Assembly (NCBI RefSeq): GCF_009914755.1
Contig: NC_060929.1
Source: the human T2T-CHM13v2.0 reference genome, Homo sapiens
Length of the DNA stretch: 64,000 nt
Reading direction: 5' to 3' (one strand)
In this document: one piece after another, positions 33,135 through 51,383 of the stretch
Position numbering within the stretch: position 1 is the stretch's first letter
How the letters are laid out: each line of letters begins with the position of its first letter
Program-made: the position numbers and the translations under genes
The notes under the pieces: generated by a model
What the model saw: the letters and a program-made list of their open reading frames with translations, nothing else
Databases searched by the model: none
Told to the model about the DNA's origin: nothing

Positions 33135-33780
33135 GCTTATATACTGCTGGTGGGAATGTAAAGTATTAGTTCAGCCATTGTGGAAAGCAGTGTGGTGATT
33201 TCTCAAATAATTTAAAACAGAATTATCATTCAACCCAGCAATCCCATTATTGGGTATATACCCAAAGGAATAGAAATCATTCTACCATAAAGACATCTGC
33301 GCACAGGTGTTCACTGCAGCACTATTCACAATAGCAAAGCTATGGAATCAACCTAAATGCCCACCAATGATAGACTGGATAAAGAAAATGTGGTACATAT
33401 ACCCCATGGAATACGATGCAGCCGTAAAAAAGAACAAGATCACGTTCTTTGCAGCAACATGGATAGAGCTGGAGGCCATTATCCTAAGCCAACTAATGCA
33501 GAAACAGAAAACCAAATACCACATGTTCTCACTTATAAGTGAAACTAAACATTGAGTACACATGGACACAAAGAGGAGAACAACAGATACCAGGGCCTAC
33601 TTGAGGGTGGAGGGTGAGAGGGAGAGGACTGAAAAACCACCTATCGAGTACTATGCTTACTACCAGGGTGATGAAATAATCTGTACACCAAACCCCCAAG
33701 ACACACAATTTACTTATATAACAAACCTGCACATGTACCCCTGAACCTAAAGTAAAAGTTTTTTAAAAAAGAAAAGAAAA
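33135..33780 (+). mobile_element. L1PA/PB 3' end
   Basis: ORF2 C-terminal remnant (FTAALFTIAKLWNQPKCP) plus L1 3' UTR and A-rich tail. Confidence 0.92.
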
Positions 33781-33791
33781 TAGTGTTTCTT

Positions 33792-34035
33792 GGCCAGGTG
33801 CAGTGGCTCACATCTGTAATCCCAGCACTTTGGGAGGTGAAGACAGGAGGATTGCTTGATGCCAGGAGTTTGAGAGTTTGAGACAAGCCTGAGCAACATA
33901 GCAAGACCCTGCTAAAACAAATTTAAGAATTAGCTGGGTGTGGTGGCACATGCCTGTAGTCCCAGCTACTCAGGAGGCTGAGACAGGAGGATCCTTTGAG
34001 CCTAGGAGTTCAAAGTTACAGTGAGCTGTGATCTG
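33792..34035 (+). mobile_element. AluJ-like, 3'-truncated
   Basis: Alu sequence ends after 'gtgagctgtgatc'. Confidence 0.85.
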
Positions 34036-35789
34036 TCTGCTTCTCAAACTTTAACCTGCATACAAATTACCAGAGTCTGCTGCAACTGGTCCGAGGCTGG
34101 GTCTGCCTGTGTAACAACTTCCCAGGTAAAGTTAAAGTTGCTCCTTTTGGACTATGCTTTGAATAGCAGTGCTCTCAGAGATAGCCCCGAGGCAGAATTT
34201 GGCTAGGTTGCAGGTCCAGGGATCCAGAAAATCAATTCTCATATTCTTAAAATCATTTTCTGAGACAATTTTTTTTTATTCTGAGAAAATTGGGGCAATT
34301 TTTAATGTAGTGGCAGCATATGTTCTTAATCAAAATTTGTTGTAGGTGATATCTATCTTGCTGTATGCTTCCTCTCCTCTTTCTCCCTTCTTTGGTTCTT
34401 TTCTAGGGAAAAAGATAGCTTAAATGGCTCTAATCTTATACATAAAACCATTTCAGAAGACACTGGGGGTTTAAAGTGGCAACTCCCATTTTTTAAAGAT
34501 AGTGCCCGGCAGATAGCGGCAGCGCCTGGTTACCAGAAAGCAACTGTGGATATTTTTCCTGTCTCTGGGTCTGGCTGAAAAATGGTGACCTCAGGGAAGC
34601 ACTAGGGTGCTACTTAGCATTCAGGAGCTTCAGTCTTGATGGAGCTGGAATGAGAAGTTTTGCAAACCCAAAGGCAAATGAGTCAGCCCAGGGATCATCA
34701 TCAGAGGATCCATGATTCCACTGTGCCTGGGGAAAACCAAAGATTTTGTTAATCAACTCTGGGAACACATTTACAGCACATTCAGTAAACTTGGAGTAAA
34801 TTCGTCATTATAGAAGCCCTCTTACAAGTTGATTGAAAAAACTAAATGATGAAAGAAAAACTACAATTTGTTAGCCAACGTGGGAAAAAATGTTACATCT
34901 CAGCGATAATCCAATAGCTGCAATTTAAAACAAGATAACACCGGCTCGTGTCCAATTAACAATGATCTTTTTCTATGATGGCTAAAACAGCTCCCTAATA
35001 AGTATTACAGAAGGAATGGAGGAAATAAGGAAAATAATATAAATACCAGAAAGGGTAAGATAATGTCGGTGGACACACTTTAGGAAAGCAATTTGACAAA
35101 ATGTCATCATCCTTACATGTTCATAACCTTTGACCCAGTTGTATGACTTCTGGGAATCTATCAAGAAATAATTACAAATAACATCAAAAAAAGTAATAGG
35201 CTTCTGGTTGTTAATAGCAGCCTTATTTGCATGTTAGCAGAAGACAAAATTCCTCTAGATGTGTAATTTTAAAGGACTTCTCCAGAGACTATTATACCCT
35301 TTAACAATGAGACGTTTTAAGTGTATGTAACGACACAGAGCAGTGCTTATAATGTTTAATTTTTTAAAAAATAAGATGCAATGATATACAAGCAGTACAA
35401 AACCAACAAGATGGGGAAAAATAGATCTAAGTCAAGGCAAAGACTAATGAGAAATATACCAAGATGTTTAAACTTGCGTTTTGGTAATTGGGTCATTTTT
35501 TTTCCTTTAAAGTATTTTCTACTTCTCTCTTTCCTGAGTATGTACTGCCTCTCTAGCAAAAAAGCAACCCACATTAAAACAAAAGTAAAATAATCTGAAA
35601 AAACAAACAAATCTTTCTGACCATCTCCTAGCCACAATTAGTATTTTGTGCCTCAATATATTATTCAAGCAGGAAATAATGGTGTTAGGAAATCATATGA
35701 TTCTACATATAGTTGACATCTTCAAGATTCTCCCAAAATATCTTGTGGAACTCTGAAATTCTCAAAAACATAAAAATATCTTTAGCCAT

Positions 35790-35945
35790 GGCCAGGTGCA
35801 GTATCTGACACCTGTAATCCCAGCTACTTAGGAGGCTGAGGCATGAAAATCGCTTGAACCCTGGAGGTGGAGGTTGCAGTGAGCCCAGCCTGGGCAACAG
35901 AGCGAGACTCTGTCTCAAAAAAAAAAAAAAGAAAAAAAAAAAAAA
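35790..35945 (+). mobile_element. Alu monomer/partial
   Basis: Right-arm-like sequence with A-tail. Confidence 0.82.
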
Positions 35946-37090
35946 GTCATTAGCTATACTCTGAAGCCAGAAATGTTTCTATTTGTCCCCAGCAGCTACC
36001 AGAACATTCAGTACAGCATTCTGTCATCATAACCAGAGCACGACTTTTTACTCTGATAGTCTTTATACTTGTGCCAAAAGGGCTATTCATTTGTTTTCTT
36101 CTGGAATTCATATTTCCTCATCAAGCAGCAAATATTATTTTTGCAAAACAAAACAAAAACTTTGACTGATTTTATTGCATAGTTATGTTAGTCCTCTTAT
36201 TCTTGAAATTAATGAATGTGTGTAACCCACATTCTATTATTCAGTATTTTAAAAATCTGATTAATTATCCCATAAGCTCTTTTTAAAACATACTTGAGCT
36301 TTATTTAATTTCTGCATTCTTTGACCCATGTTGTTGGATCCTTAATTTCACTTATTCATTTTCTTACAATTATTAAATGGTCTCTTACATGGTGAGACTG
36401 AAGCTGGTATCCATAGGCTTGTTGCTTCTGTATAATGAAGGCAGCTTCAGTAGTCGATTGAACCACCCAGCAGTGACTACATTCAGTGCTTCTGGAAATG
36501 GAGTCCACAAAAGTCTTTTGAGCTGCTTGTTATAATGCAGGTTTTTGGTCTCCATCCCGGACCTAAAACCAGAATGTTTGGGATAGGACCTGGATCATCT
36601 GCATTTTTAACAAGAGCTGGGGGTGATTCTTATGCAAACCAAACTTTGAGAACCATGGATCTAGTTTTTACATGAAATCTCTAACCTAGTAAACCACAGT
36701 TTATTTGTTAAAATGCTAAAGTTTTTCAGAGTTGACCTGTATATTATCATGTCTCTCAGTAAAGTTATCGGAATATTAGTATTCTTTAGCTATAACCCCC
36801 TAGATATTGACCCTAAATATCTGACTATATCCACTGAAAGATTTAACCTTACAAACAATTGTCTCTATCACTTACTCTGCCTTGTCTCTCCTCTCCTCTA
36901 GAAATACAAGTCAATGCCCTGTATTCATGTAGGATTTTTATTGTATTTTTTTTAATAGGTAACACTCATATGGTTCAAATTTCAAAAGAACAAAAGGATA
37001 TACAGTGAAAAATCACCCTTTCCTTTCTGTCATCTCCTGGAAGACAACCACAGTTAACAGCTTCTTGAGTATGGTGTTGAATCTATTTAA

Positions 37091-37499
<409 letters not shown>

Positions 37500-37509
37500 T
37501 GATGTAAAG

Positions 37510-37975
37510 ATCTCAGTCAGATATTTGCTGCATAACAAACTACACAAAACCCCACAGGCATATAACAACAAGCATTTATTGCTAATATTCTGGGATAGCC
37601 AGCTAGGTAGTCCTGCTGATGTGTCTGGGGATCTATTGGCTGATTTAGGAAGGCCTGGACTGGGATGACTGGGGTGACTTACTGGGTTCCATATGTCTCT
37701 CATCTTCAAGTACACTAATCCTGGCACATTCCCATGGCAATGGCCGAGGTGTTAGAGATAAGAGAAAGCATGCTGGACATCGGGAAGTGTAAGACTGGGA
37801 TTGGCATGTTCTCACCACAGTCACAGTCTACTGACCAAAGCAAGACACAGGCCATCCCAGTTTTAAGGCGATGGAAAAATAGACATTGCTTCTTTAGTGA
37901 AAGGAATTTCAATGTCACATGCAAGGCCATGGCTATAGGGAGTGATGAAGAATGAGGCTATCACCAAAATCTACT
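37510..37975 (-). mobile_element. MLT1-family MaLR LTR
   Basis: 'ttgctgcataacaaactac...aacaacaagcatttatt' and 'ctactgaccaaagcaagacacaggcc'. Confidence 0.6.
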
Positions 37976-38046
37976 GTACATAAATGACTGAAAATTCATT
38001 ACAATAATAATACTTGGCTTAGTGTTCAAGTATTGTACTTTTATAA

Positions 38047-38421
<375 letters not shown>

Positions 38422-39530
38422 TGAAAACATCTCAAAGACCTGGGACCTACACCCAGCCAGTCAGCATATACCTTTCCACTGTCATATGTGAAATGAGAAA
38501 AACAGGTGGGGTATGGTGGCTCATGTCTATAATTCCAGCACTTTGGAAGGCTGAGTCCAGAGAATTGCTTGAGCTCAGGAGTTTGAGGCCAACCTGGGCA
38601 ACCCGTGAGACCTTGTCTCTACTTTTATATAAAAATAAAAGTTAAAAAAAAAGAAAAAGATGGATAATGACTCTGGGAAACAGGAAATAGAATGTTTCAA
38701 GTTGTACCAAAGAAAAGTGCCATTTTAATTGAAAATTTTACCTCCTCCAGCAGGGGTGCTGATGTACTAACAAGCCACTTTCAGAAAAACAGTGTGATCA
38801 AGTACAGTTTTCATTCTTTTATGTCAACATGTTTTTTGAGATTATTTTTCGTATTCTATACTGATTTAAATCTTTGCCTTTTTAAAATCAGAATAGTCAT
38901 GCTTACAAAGTGACCCTTGAAAGGTTTATGAAACAAATGTCAGGGGTGATTCTGGTTTCTGCTTTCCATTTAACTTAATTTCAATTGCTATTTGCTTATT
39001 TTAAGAAATAAACTTTGTTTCTTAAGATGACACTGACTCTGATGCTATCAGTAGCCTCATCCTGATCTTTAAAAAGTAACCTTTTAACTAGAATTTTCAA
39101 ATACTTTAATATGCATGTGGAATTACTTAGACAGTTAACATTTCTTGACCCACTCGCATTTAGTCCTATTGGCTGATAGGCAGTAACTGGAAAATGCAGC
39201 ATTTCTTTCTGATAGACAGTGAGAAGTAAGACTTCGCGACACTCAGTGATCAGGCCATAGCTCAATGAGTCTATGCATACAGTTAGGTTGGAATCTGTTT
39301 TAGAGGTTTGAGTATGAGACGAGCGTATCCTAGCTGATACAGTTTGAGCTCGTCCCCATCAAAACATGATCCCCAGTGTGGCCATGTTGAGAGGCGGGTG
39401 TATTGGGAGGTGTGTGTGTCATCGGGTGGATCCCTCATGGATGTCTGGTGCCATTCTCCTGGTAGTGAGTTCTTGCCCTCCAGACTAGATTAGTTCTCCT
39501 GGGAATGTTCCTTCAAGAGTGGGTTGTTAT

Positions 39531-39938
39531 TGTTGAATTAAGTTTAGCCCAAAGCGGCCTCCTTACATATTTTAAGTTGGCCCTAAAGGTTTCTCCCTAC
39601 ATAACAAACTGTAACCTTACTGAATGTGTAAACAGACTATAACCTATTCTTGTGCCAGTCACTAAGTTTTGGCCAATTGAAGGCAGTTAGCTGTTCAAAC
39701 CGTGTTCAAATAAGCCAAACACCGAGCTGTGGCCAATCCAGCTGTTACTGTACCTCACTTCTGTTTTCTCTATGTCGGTTTCCTTTTGCTGTGCATAAAT
39801 CTTCCACCAGGCGGTTCTGCGCTGGAGCCTCTTTGAACCTATGTGCTTTAGGGGCTGCCCGATTCGCAAATCCCAAATCGCTCTTTGCTCAGTGTAACTC
39901 TGTTCGGTGTAATTTGTCTAAGGTTTTTTCTTCCATCC
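39531..39938 (+). mobile_element. MER57-like ERV1 solo LTR
   Basis: 'tgttgaattaagtttagcccaaagcggcctccttacatattttaag...'; 4-bp TSD TTAT; two CCAAT boxes. Confidence 0.78.
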
Positions 39939-39956
39939 TTATAAAACCATGACGCT

Positions 39957-40259
39957 GGCCGGGTGCGGTGGTGGCACTTTTCGAGGCCAAGGCGGGAGAA
40001 TCACATGAGATCAGGAGTTCGAGACCAGGCTGGCCAACATGGCGAAACCCCGTCTCTACTAAAAATACAAAAAACAAAAAACAAACATTAGCCGGGCATG
40101 GTGATGCGCGCCTTTAATCCCAGCTACTCGGAAGTCTGAGACGGGGAATCCGTCAAACCCGGGAGGCGGAGACTGTAGTGAGCCAAGATTGTGCCAGAGC
40201 ACTCCAGCCTGGGTGACACAGCAAGACTCCATCTCAAAAAAAAATGAAAGTAAAAAATA
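39957..40259 (+). mobile_element. AluS inside the MST LTR
   Basis: Alu with degenerate TSD ataaaaccatgacgc / ataaagccacgatgc. Confidence 0.87.
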
Positions 40260-40744
40260 AAGCCACGATGCCCTCGGATTCTCCTCTCTTCTCGTGTGTC
40301 TGCTTCCCCTTTGACCTTCTCCACCATGTTATGACGCAGCACAGAAGCCTTCGCCAGCAGCAGAACAGATGTCAGTACTAGGCTTCTTCAACTTCCCAGC
40401 TGGCAGAACTGTGAGCTAAATAAACGTTTTCTTTATAAATTACCCAATCTCAGGTGTTCTGTTATAGTGGCACAAACTATAGACTAAGACACTAGCCTCA
40501 ATGGAACAGGTATTGCCTTTGTAAATTGCTGACCACTGACATCAGCACTCTCCATAATCTGAGATACAGAAAAATATTGTACAGCATTATCTATGCAACA
40601 TAATCCTGTAGAAATTCACCTCCTCCCCTTTGCCCTTTTTCTTTATGTTTGTCACTGATACCCACAGGCATAGTTCATAGGAACTGGTGGCCCTCTGAGC
40701 TCAGCCAGAAGTCAGAGAGATTTTCAAATGGAAGGCTATCCTGA

Positions 40745-41107
<363 letters not shown>

Positions 41108-41214
41108 TGATGGTAGTTACGTAGCTATATATATATTTTTCAAAATTCTTTGAATTTAAAATGGGTGCAGTTTTTGTACATAAATTTTACCCCAATAAAA
41201 TGGAAGTTTTTAAC

Positions 41215-42290
<1,076 letters not shown>

Positions 42291-42295
42291 CCATG

Positions 42296-42398
42296 ATAGA
42301 AAGAGAGACAGAAAGGTAGAAAAAGAAACAGAAAAAAGAAAAAGAAGGAAAGAAAGGAAGGAAGGAAAGAAAGATGGAGGGAAGAAAGGAAGGAAGGA
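42296..42398 (+). repeat. GA-rich low-complexity tract
   Basis: Interrupted GAAA/GGAA units. Confidence 0.8.
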
Positions 42399-44162
42399 CT
42401 CCCCTAATCAACTGTGCTTGTCTTGGGGCAAGACAGGACAAATGGACAGATGACTTTCAGACTCCACTGCCCCTGCCCAAGACCCCACTCTGACTTCTAT
42501 GTCAATCAACAAATGTCTTGTTTTGGGAAATGGAAACAATTTATTCTGCCAGGCACATGGGACATGGGAGAGGCTTAATGAAAAGGCATCTGGATGAGGA
42601 GCTGGATCTGCAGATAGATCAGTGGAGAAAAGCGCAGCACATGCAAAGGTTCCAAGGTGGGGCCGTGTTTGGGTAACTTCAGCAGCCTGCTGTTGCGGGA
42701 ACAAAGTACATGTGGCAAGCAAGGTCAGGAGGTACAGCTGGAAATTTAGGGTAGGGCCAGACAGAGGGATCTTGAGGGCCACACTTAAGTTTGTTTGGAT
42801 TTTATCTCATAGGTAGCAGTAAACCTTTCAACAATGTCAAGGTGGTTATTGACTTGTGATGTGAGTTTTAGAAAGATGGCAGAGGAGGGATGGGCTGGAG
42901 AGGGCCAACCAGGAGGCAGGGGCCAGGAGAGGGTGAGCTTTAGGAGGTCCCTACCATTCTACAGATACCTCAAGCAAATCTGACCTGTAGTTCTTGGTTT
43001 ATCCCAGTCAACCACAGGTCCTCTCAAACATCTTACACTCATATTCCTTTTTGAGAAACATTAAAATCTCACACTGCTTTAACATCTCATACATTTCAAA
43101 GTAAATTACTTTTGATTTAAAACAAATCAAAGCAATTTCTAATGAGAATGTTTTTCCAACTACACTAGTTAGTTGGAAAATGCAGCATTTTTCAGCTATA
43201 CCATTCCTTTCTCCTCCCTCATTCTAATTCCTACTCAACTGGGAATCATTGTTCTACAGCAAATCTAAGAAGAAGTGTTATACATAAGTCCACCCTGGGC
43301 TATGAGGTTCGCTTTAAACAAGTCTGGTTTCATTAGCGCTTCCTTGGGCTCTCAAAGATGCTGCAGGCCCTGGCATGCCCCATGCTAGGAATGACCTCCC
43401 TTCACTTCGTTCTGGATGTAGGAGTTACCCGCATGAGCAGCATCACTACCCAGCTGAGTTCAATCTGCTTTGAAGGTTGCCTTTGCCCTCATTCCATCAT
43501 TTCCCTGGTGTGCCAGGCCGAAAGGGTCACCTGGGGTGTGTGTGAAGCACAGAGGTGCCCAGGCATCTCTCTGGAGATGCTGATTCAGGAGTCTGCAGCT
43601 GGCATCTGGAATCTCTATGTTGAGCAAGTGCTCCACGTGGTTCTTGTGACCTGACAGTTTTGGAAAACATCGTGAAGACCCTGCCTGCTCTGCTGGCAGC
43701 TGCTGCTGTCACCCTGAGAAGAATAAAAGGTTCACGGCCCAGCAGATGCCCGAGCCTCTTTCAGGGATGAAACCCTCTTTCTGGATACCTCTTTCAGGAT
43801 GCCTGTGGAGTCTGCTCCTGTGACTTTCCAGAAGTCCACAGTCAAACCACATGGCTTTACGGTTGGCTCTTGTGATTCTCTAAAATGTGTCTTTGTCACA
43901 TAGGTGTGTTCTTTCCACTTTGCCTTTAACCAAGTCAGTCTCTCTTTATTTGGCCCTCTTTGGCTCCCTTAAATATCTCTGCAGTGACTACAGGTGGCGG
44001 GTGCCCTGCCTGGGCCTCAGTCAAGAAGGCAAATGCACTTGAGTATAAGGAATCCCTTTGAGCACATCAGAAGTGAGACCCTGTGCTTATCCCAAAGTTA
44101 CTTCTTCAAACAATGTATGCTCAGCCAAGTTTCAAGGAAGAGGCAAGAATGGCTTATGAGAA

Positions 44163-44452
44163 GGCCAGCTGTGCCATGCCTATAATCCGAGCACTTTGAA
44201 AGGCTGAGGCAGGCGGATCACACGAGGCCAGGAGCTCGAGATCAGTCTGGCCAACATGGCAAAAACCGATCGCTACTAAAAATACAAAAAAATTAGCTGG
44301 TTGTGGTGGTGCACACCTATCATCCCAGCAACTCAGGAGGCTGAGGCAGAAGGATTGCTTGAGCCTGGGCGGTAGAGGTTGCAGTGAGCCAAGGCTGAAC
44401 TGCACTCCAGCCTATGCGACAAAGTGAGACCCTGTCTCAGAAAAAAAAAAAA
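44163..44452 (+). mobile_element. Alu (J/S)
   Basis: Alu dimer with A-tail. Confidence 0.87.
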
Positions 44453-44709
44453 GGCTTCTGAGGAGGAAGATAAACCTTGTGTTTCCAGAATGCTTATAGG
44501 ACATTTGTAGGCTGTGTTGCCATCTTTTTTCTTCTTGGCCACAATACGTACAAGCCCGATTATCCACTGCTTTCTAGCTCCCAGCAGACTCGAGTTAGTT
44601 GTTAAGAAGGAACCATGCTGCTGGAGGCAGAGGCACTACCCACATCCACATATAAAAGAGAGAGAGACAGAAGAACAATGAAAAGCAGAGACGAGCACTC
44701 AGAAATGTA

Positions 44710-46060
<1,351 letters not shown>

Positions 46061-47114
46061 ATGCATATAGAGTTTATGTTGGGTTGATGAAAATGTTTTG
46101 GTTATAAACAGTGGTTTAATATAGATATATACATGTATCTATATACAACACAAAAACAAAGCTACATATTTCTAAAGGCATACATATATATGTACAGATA
46201 CCTTTAACATGGTTGGGAAGAATATACCCAAATCACTGTTATGCTTTGTTATCCACTAGGAAAGTGAGATTCATGGGCAGGGTCAAAGGGAATGTTTGCT
46301 TTAATGTATTGGGTAAACCTTTTATGAGAGAATGTACTCAAATGTTTACCTCTATGATTTAAATTTTCATTTCAAGAAAAACAAAATGCATGTATTGACA
46401 TGGAAAATTATTTATTCATTCTTTCAATAGTATTCACTGGAAATATAAAACAAACTCAGAAGTTTCAAGGGCCTGTGGTTTAAAACAAACCATTCTATCA
46501 CCTTGCTAGCAGCAGCAACAAAGGAAGTTAAAATGACTGATGCTCATTATGGTGCTGCTTAGCCGTGAAGAAAGGACTAAATTATGCTCCATGTACTGTG
46601 TTGGAAAATTTCAGGAGTCTAAAGTGAGTCTGGGGATTAATAAATGCAACAGACACTGTCAGTGCTCTGCTCACATTCCTTGAACCTCACTGATTTATTA
46701 TCCTCTGGCTGGTTTCCAACTGCCCAAATCCATACCTGAAGGTTTTTCTGAAACCAGAAGGCTTATTTCCCGGACACAGTTGCACTCATCAGCAGCCCAA
46801 GAGTGCCAGGGAATGAACACACCCTGCTCCCCTGGGAGCAGCACTAATAACCCTCAGGCATTGGTGTGCAAATCCATTAGCTCCCATGCCCCTTGAGTGA
46901 GATCTTACACAGTCTCCCAGAGTGGCCAACTAGGTGAGGCTCCAGTCACCCACTGTGCTAACGGGGTTGGTAGCATAGCCTTTAGTGGCTGCTATCCCAT
47001 CTTTATCATTTCCCCACTTCCCTAGAGGTGCTTCCTGCACGTCCCAGGTAAACTAGTTGTGTTCTTCCAGAGGTAGAGCCTGTCTCAAGATCCGCCTCTG
47101 GAAGAATCTACATG

Positions 47115-47322
47115 AAGGGTATCCAATCCTTTGGCTTCCCTGGGCCACACTGGAAGAAGAAGGACAGTCTTGGGCCGCACATAAAATGCACTGACACTAA
47201 CAATAGCTGATGAGCTTAAAACAAAATTGCAAAAAAAAAAATCTCATAATGTTTTAAGAAAGTTTACAAATTTGTGTTGGGCCCCATTCAAAGCTGCCCT
47301 GGGCTGTGGGTTGGACAATCTT
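47115..47322 (+). mobile_element. MER30 (hAT-Charlie MITE)
   Basis: 'tccaatcctttggcttccctgggccacactggaagaagaag...ctaacaatagctgatgagct...gggttggacaa'. Confidence 0.82.
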
Positions 47323-47918
47323 AATCTACACCAGCGCAGAAGGGTAAGCTTCAGTTATGTGAATATTCCTGCATTTGAAACAAGACTTTTTTTCCAATGT
47401 TACTGAAAAATGAGGTGTCACTATATACACACACACACACACCCCAAAATGCTTTTCTGGGCTAGCTTTCTACCCTGCTCCTTGCTTCCCTTCCAGCCTG
47501 TCTTCCAACAGTTCAGCTCAGAGTTTATTTAGGGATAACCAGGTATTTTCTTTTGAATTCTCTCAGACTGCAGAGTTGAACAATCTCACAACGGCCAGGT
47601 CTACAGCATTCAGATGTCACCTAAGTTTCTGCAAAATGGCCTAAAAACCTCAAGGTCCCATTACTAGAAGGACTTAGTGAACCTTTCCAGGTGGAGTTTT
47701 TCTGCTCTTGGCTGTTTGGATCCTGGTCCTTGGGTGTTGCTAGACAGCACTCAGAGCCTGGTGGCTCCTGTTACTGAATTCAGTTCCCTCAAGAGAGGCT
47801 GGGCTGCAGCTGCTGCAGTGGGTGGGCACCCTTCCAGCCTCCGTCCACCTCAGTCCTCTGTGCCCCAGGTAGGCCTCTGTGGCCTCATTCCTTGTGTCAT
47901 CAGTAGACGGTTGACAGT

Positions 47919-48619
47919 TGTGACTGCAAGTTGTCCAGGATCTTGGCATCTTGAACAAAGAATTGGACAAAATGCCTAGCAAAGCAAAGAAAGAGTGAAG
48001 CAACGAAAGAACAAAAGCAGGAATTTATTGAAAATGAAAGCACACTCCACAGTGTGGGAGTGCGCGGAGCAGCAGCTCAAGGGCCCGGACACAGAATCTT
48101 CTTGGGTCCAATACCCCTAGAAGTTTCCCATTGGCCACTTCATGCTCACCTCATGTAAATAAAGTGGTAGCCCACAATCAGTCTGATTGGTTGCAGAAGG
48201 CAGCCAAACAGAGGCTGAAATGGTTACAAAGGTCACACTCCTGTGCAAACATCTGATTGGTTGCAAAAAGCAGCTAGTCAGAGGCTAGGGTGAAGTTACA
48301 AAGTTATACTTCTATGCAAACGAAGACTTCGCCCAAAATCAGTCTGATTGTGGACAGCAACCATTCAGAGGCTGGAGTGAAGTTACAAAGTTGCAAACCA
48401 AGGCTGGACCTGCAATCAGTCTGATCTGTTGAGTACAGCCAATTTCCCATCTGCGGCAACTCGGCAACTCGACACTAAAAAGGTGAGGGTTTACAAAGGG
48501 AGTAGGTCATTTTGTTACTTAGGGGTGGAAAGTTAGGGTTTTCCTTTCAGTTTAGTTCTAGGAAGTCGACTTGAAACAGCCCTAGTTTCCCTGTCTCCAG
48601 ACCCCATTCTCCCGCCTCA
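47919..48619 (-). mobile_element. MER51-like ERV1 solo LTR
   Basis: Reverse complement begins TGAGGCGGGAGAATGGGGTCTGGAG; internal repeats with CTGATTGG; TTTATT at about 48024. Confidence 0.72.
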
Positions 48620-48735
48620 GTTATACAGACCATTTAGGAAAATGGAGACATCAATTATAACATTACCAGGGTAGCAAATTATCAAATCGGACAGCGTATT
48701 ACAAACTTCTATGTAGAGGTTAAAGATACTTTTCA

Positions 48736-49030
48736 GGCCAGGTGTGGTGACTCAGGCCTGTAATCCCAGCTCTTTGGGAGGCCAAGGCAGGGGAATCTCT
48801 TGAGTTCAGGAGTTTGAGGCCAGTCTGGGCAACACAGGGAAACCTAATTTCTACTAAAAATAAAAAATAATTAGCTGGGCCTGGTGGTGTGCACCTGTAG
48901 TCCCAGCTACTTGGGAGGCTGAGGTAGGGGGAATCACTTGAGCCGGGGAGGTCCAGGCTGCTGTGAGCCGTGATCATGCCACTGCACTCCAGCACTCCAG
49001 CCTGGGTGACAGAGCAAGAATCTGTCTGAA
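48736..49030 (+). mobile_element. AluJ-like
   Basis: Alu dimer with internal 'gcactcca' duplication. Confidence 0.87.
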
Positions 49031-49241
49031 ATATATATGTATATATAATATATATTTATACCTAATATATAAACATTATTATATAATTAATATTAATTAA
49101 TTATATTAATATTATAAACATATCAGTAATATTAATATGTTAATAAATATATAAACATAAATATATTTATAAATATAAAAATATATTATCAATGTTAATA
49201 TATAATTAATTATAATTAATATATAATTAATAATATTATTA
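49028..49241. repeat. AT-rich low-complexity tract
   Basis: About 210 bp of almost only A/T with short palindromes. Confidence 0.9.
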
Positions 49242-50073
<832 letters not shown>

Positions 50074-50986
50074 TGAAAATTCTGATATTTTGTTCATCAC
50101 AGATTTTTCTTGCATTACTTTTCATTTTTTCCAATATTATATTAACATATTAATTATTGCTATTACTCAATCTTTTTAGCACTTCCTTAAATTTTACATC
50201 CTGGTCCCAACCCTGGGGCTGAAAGTAATAGGTCATCAGCACACGGCTGAGTTAAAACCATGGAGGTGATGAGATTGCATGGGGAAAGAATGCAGAGCAA
50301 AAAGAGCAGAATATCAGGGCCAGAATTTAGGGGGACATTTGTATTTAAGGGTCAGTAGAAGAGAAAAGAGAGTCCTAAAAGGGACCCATAGTCCTTGAGG
50401 AAGGAGGAAAACCAGAAGAAAGGGTGTGGTAAGGACCAAGGGAGACAAGTTTCCAAGAGAGGCTATCACATACTCTAGAGGGCTCAGATAGGATGACTCC
50501 CAAGCAAGGGCATTGGATTGCACCAGGGGACACCAGGTGTGACATTGTCAGCACCTTTGAGAGCAGCAGCATGGGAGGTAGAAATGGAGAGGTCTGGCTG
50601 AGAGGAAGCTAAGAATGTCGGCAGCTCCAGGTGCCTGAACTGGAGGGATGACGAGGAGGTGCTGGGAAAAGACAGAGATGAGTTCAGATTGCTGTGTAGC
50701 TTAGGATGCAAAAGCTCTGAACAGGTTTGTGGGCAAAAAAAGAATGAAGACCAGAAAAAGAGGGAGTATTGAAGAAGTGAGAAAATCAAGAAGAGGACTG
50801 TTGCTAAAAGACAAAAACCCAGAATAAATGCCGCTTCAGCCTGAGGATGGATTATCTGCCTTGCTCCTGCCCTCAAATGAAGCTGCCCACACAAGCCTGA
50901 GCCCTGGAAAGTGTCTCAGACCCCAGCCCTCTCTCTGGTTCCGTCCTCCTCATTATCGGCTTTTCAGGTTCTGTGACCTCTCCTAA

Positions 50987-51383
<397 letters not shown>

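Larger units (their letters stand above)
39335..40491 (+). mobile_element. MST-like MaLR LTR hosting two later insertions
   Basis: TG...CA ends ('tgatacagtttg' ... 'agactaagaca') with exact 5-bp TSD CTAGC at 39330-39334 and 40492-40496. Confidence 0.82.
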
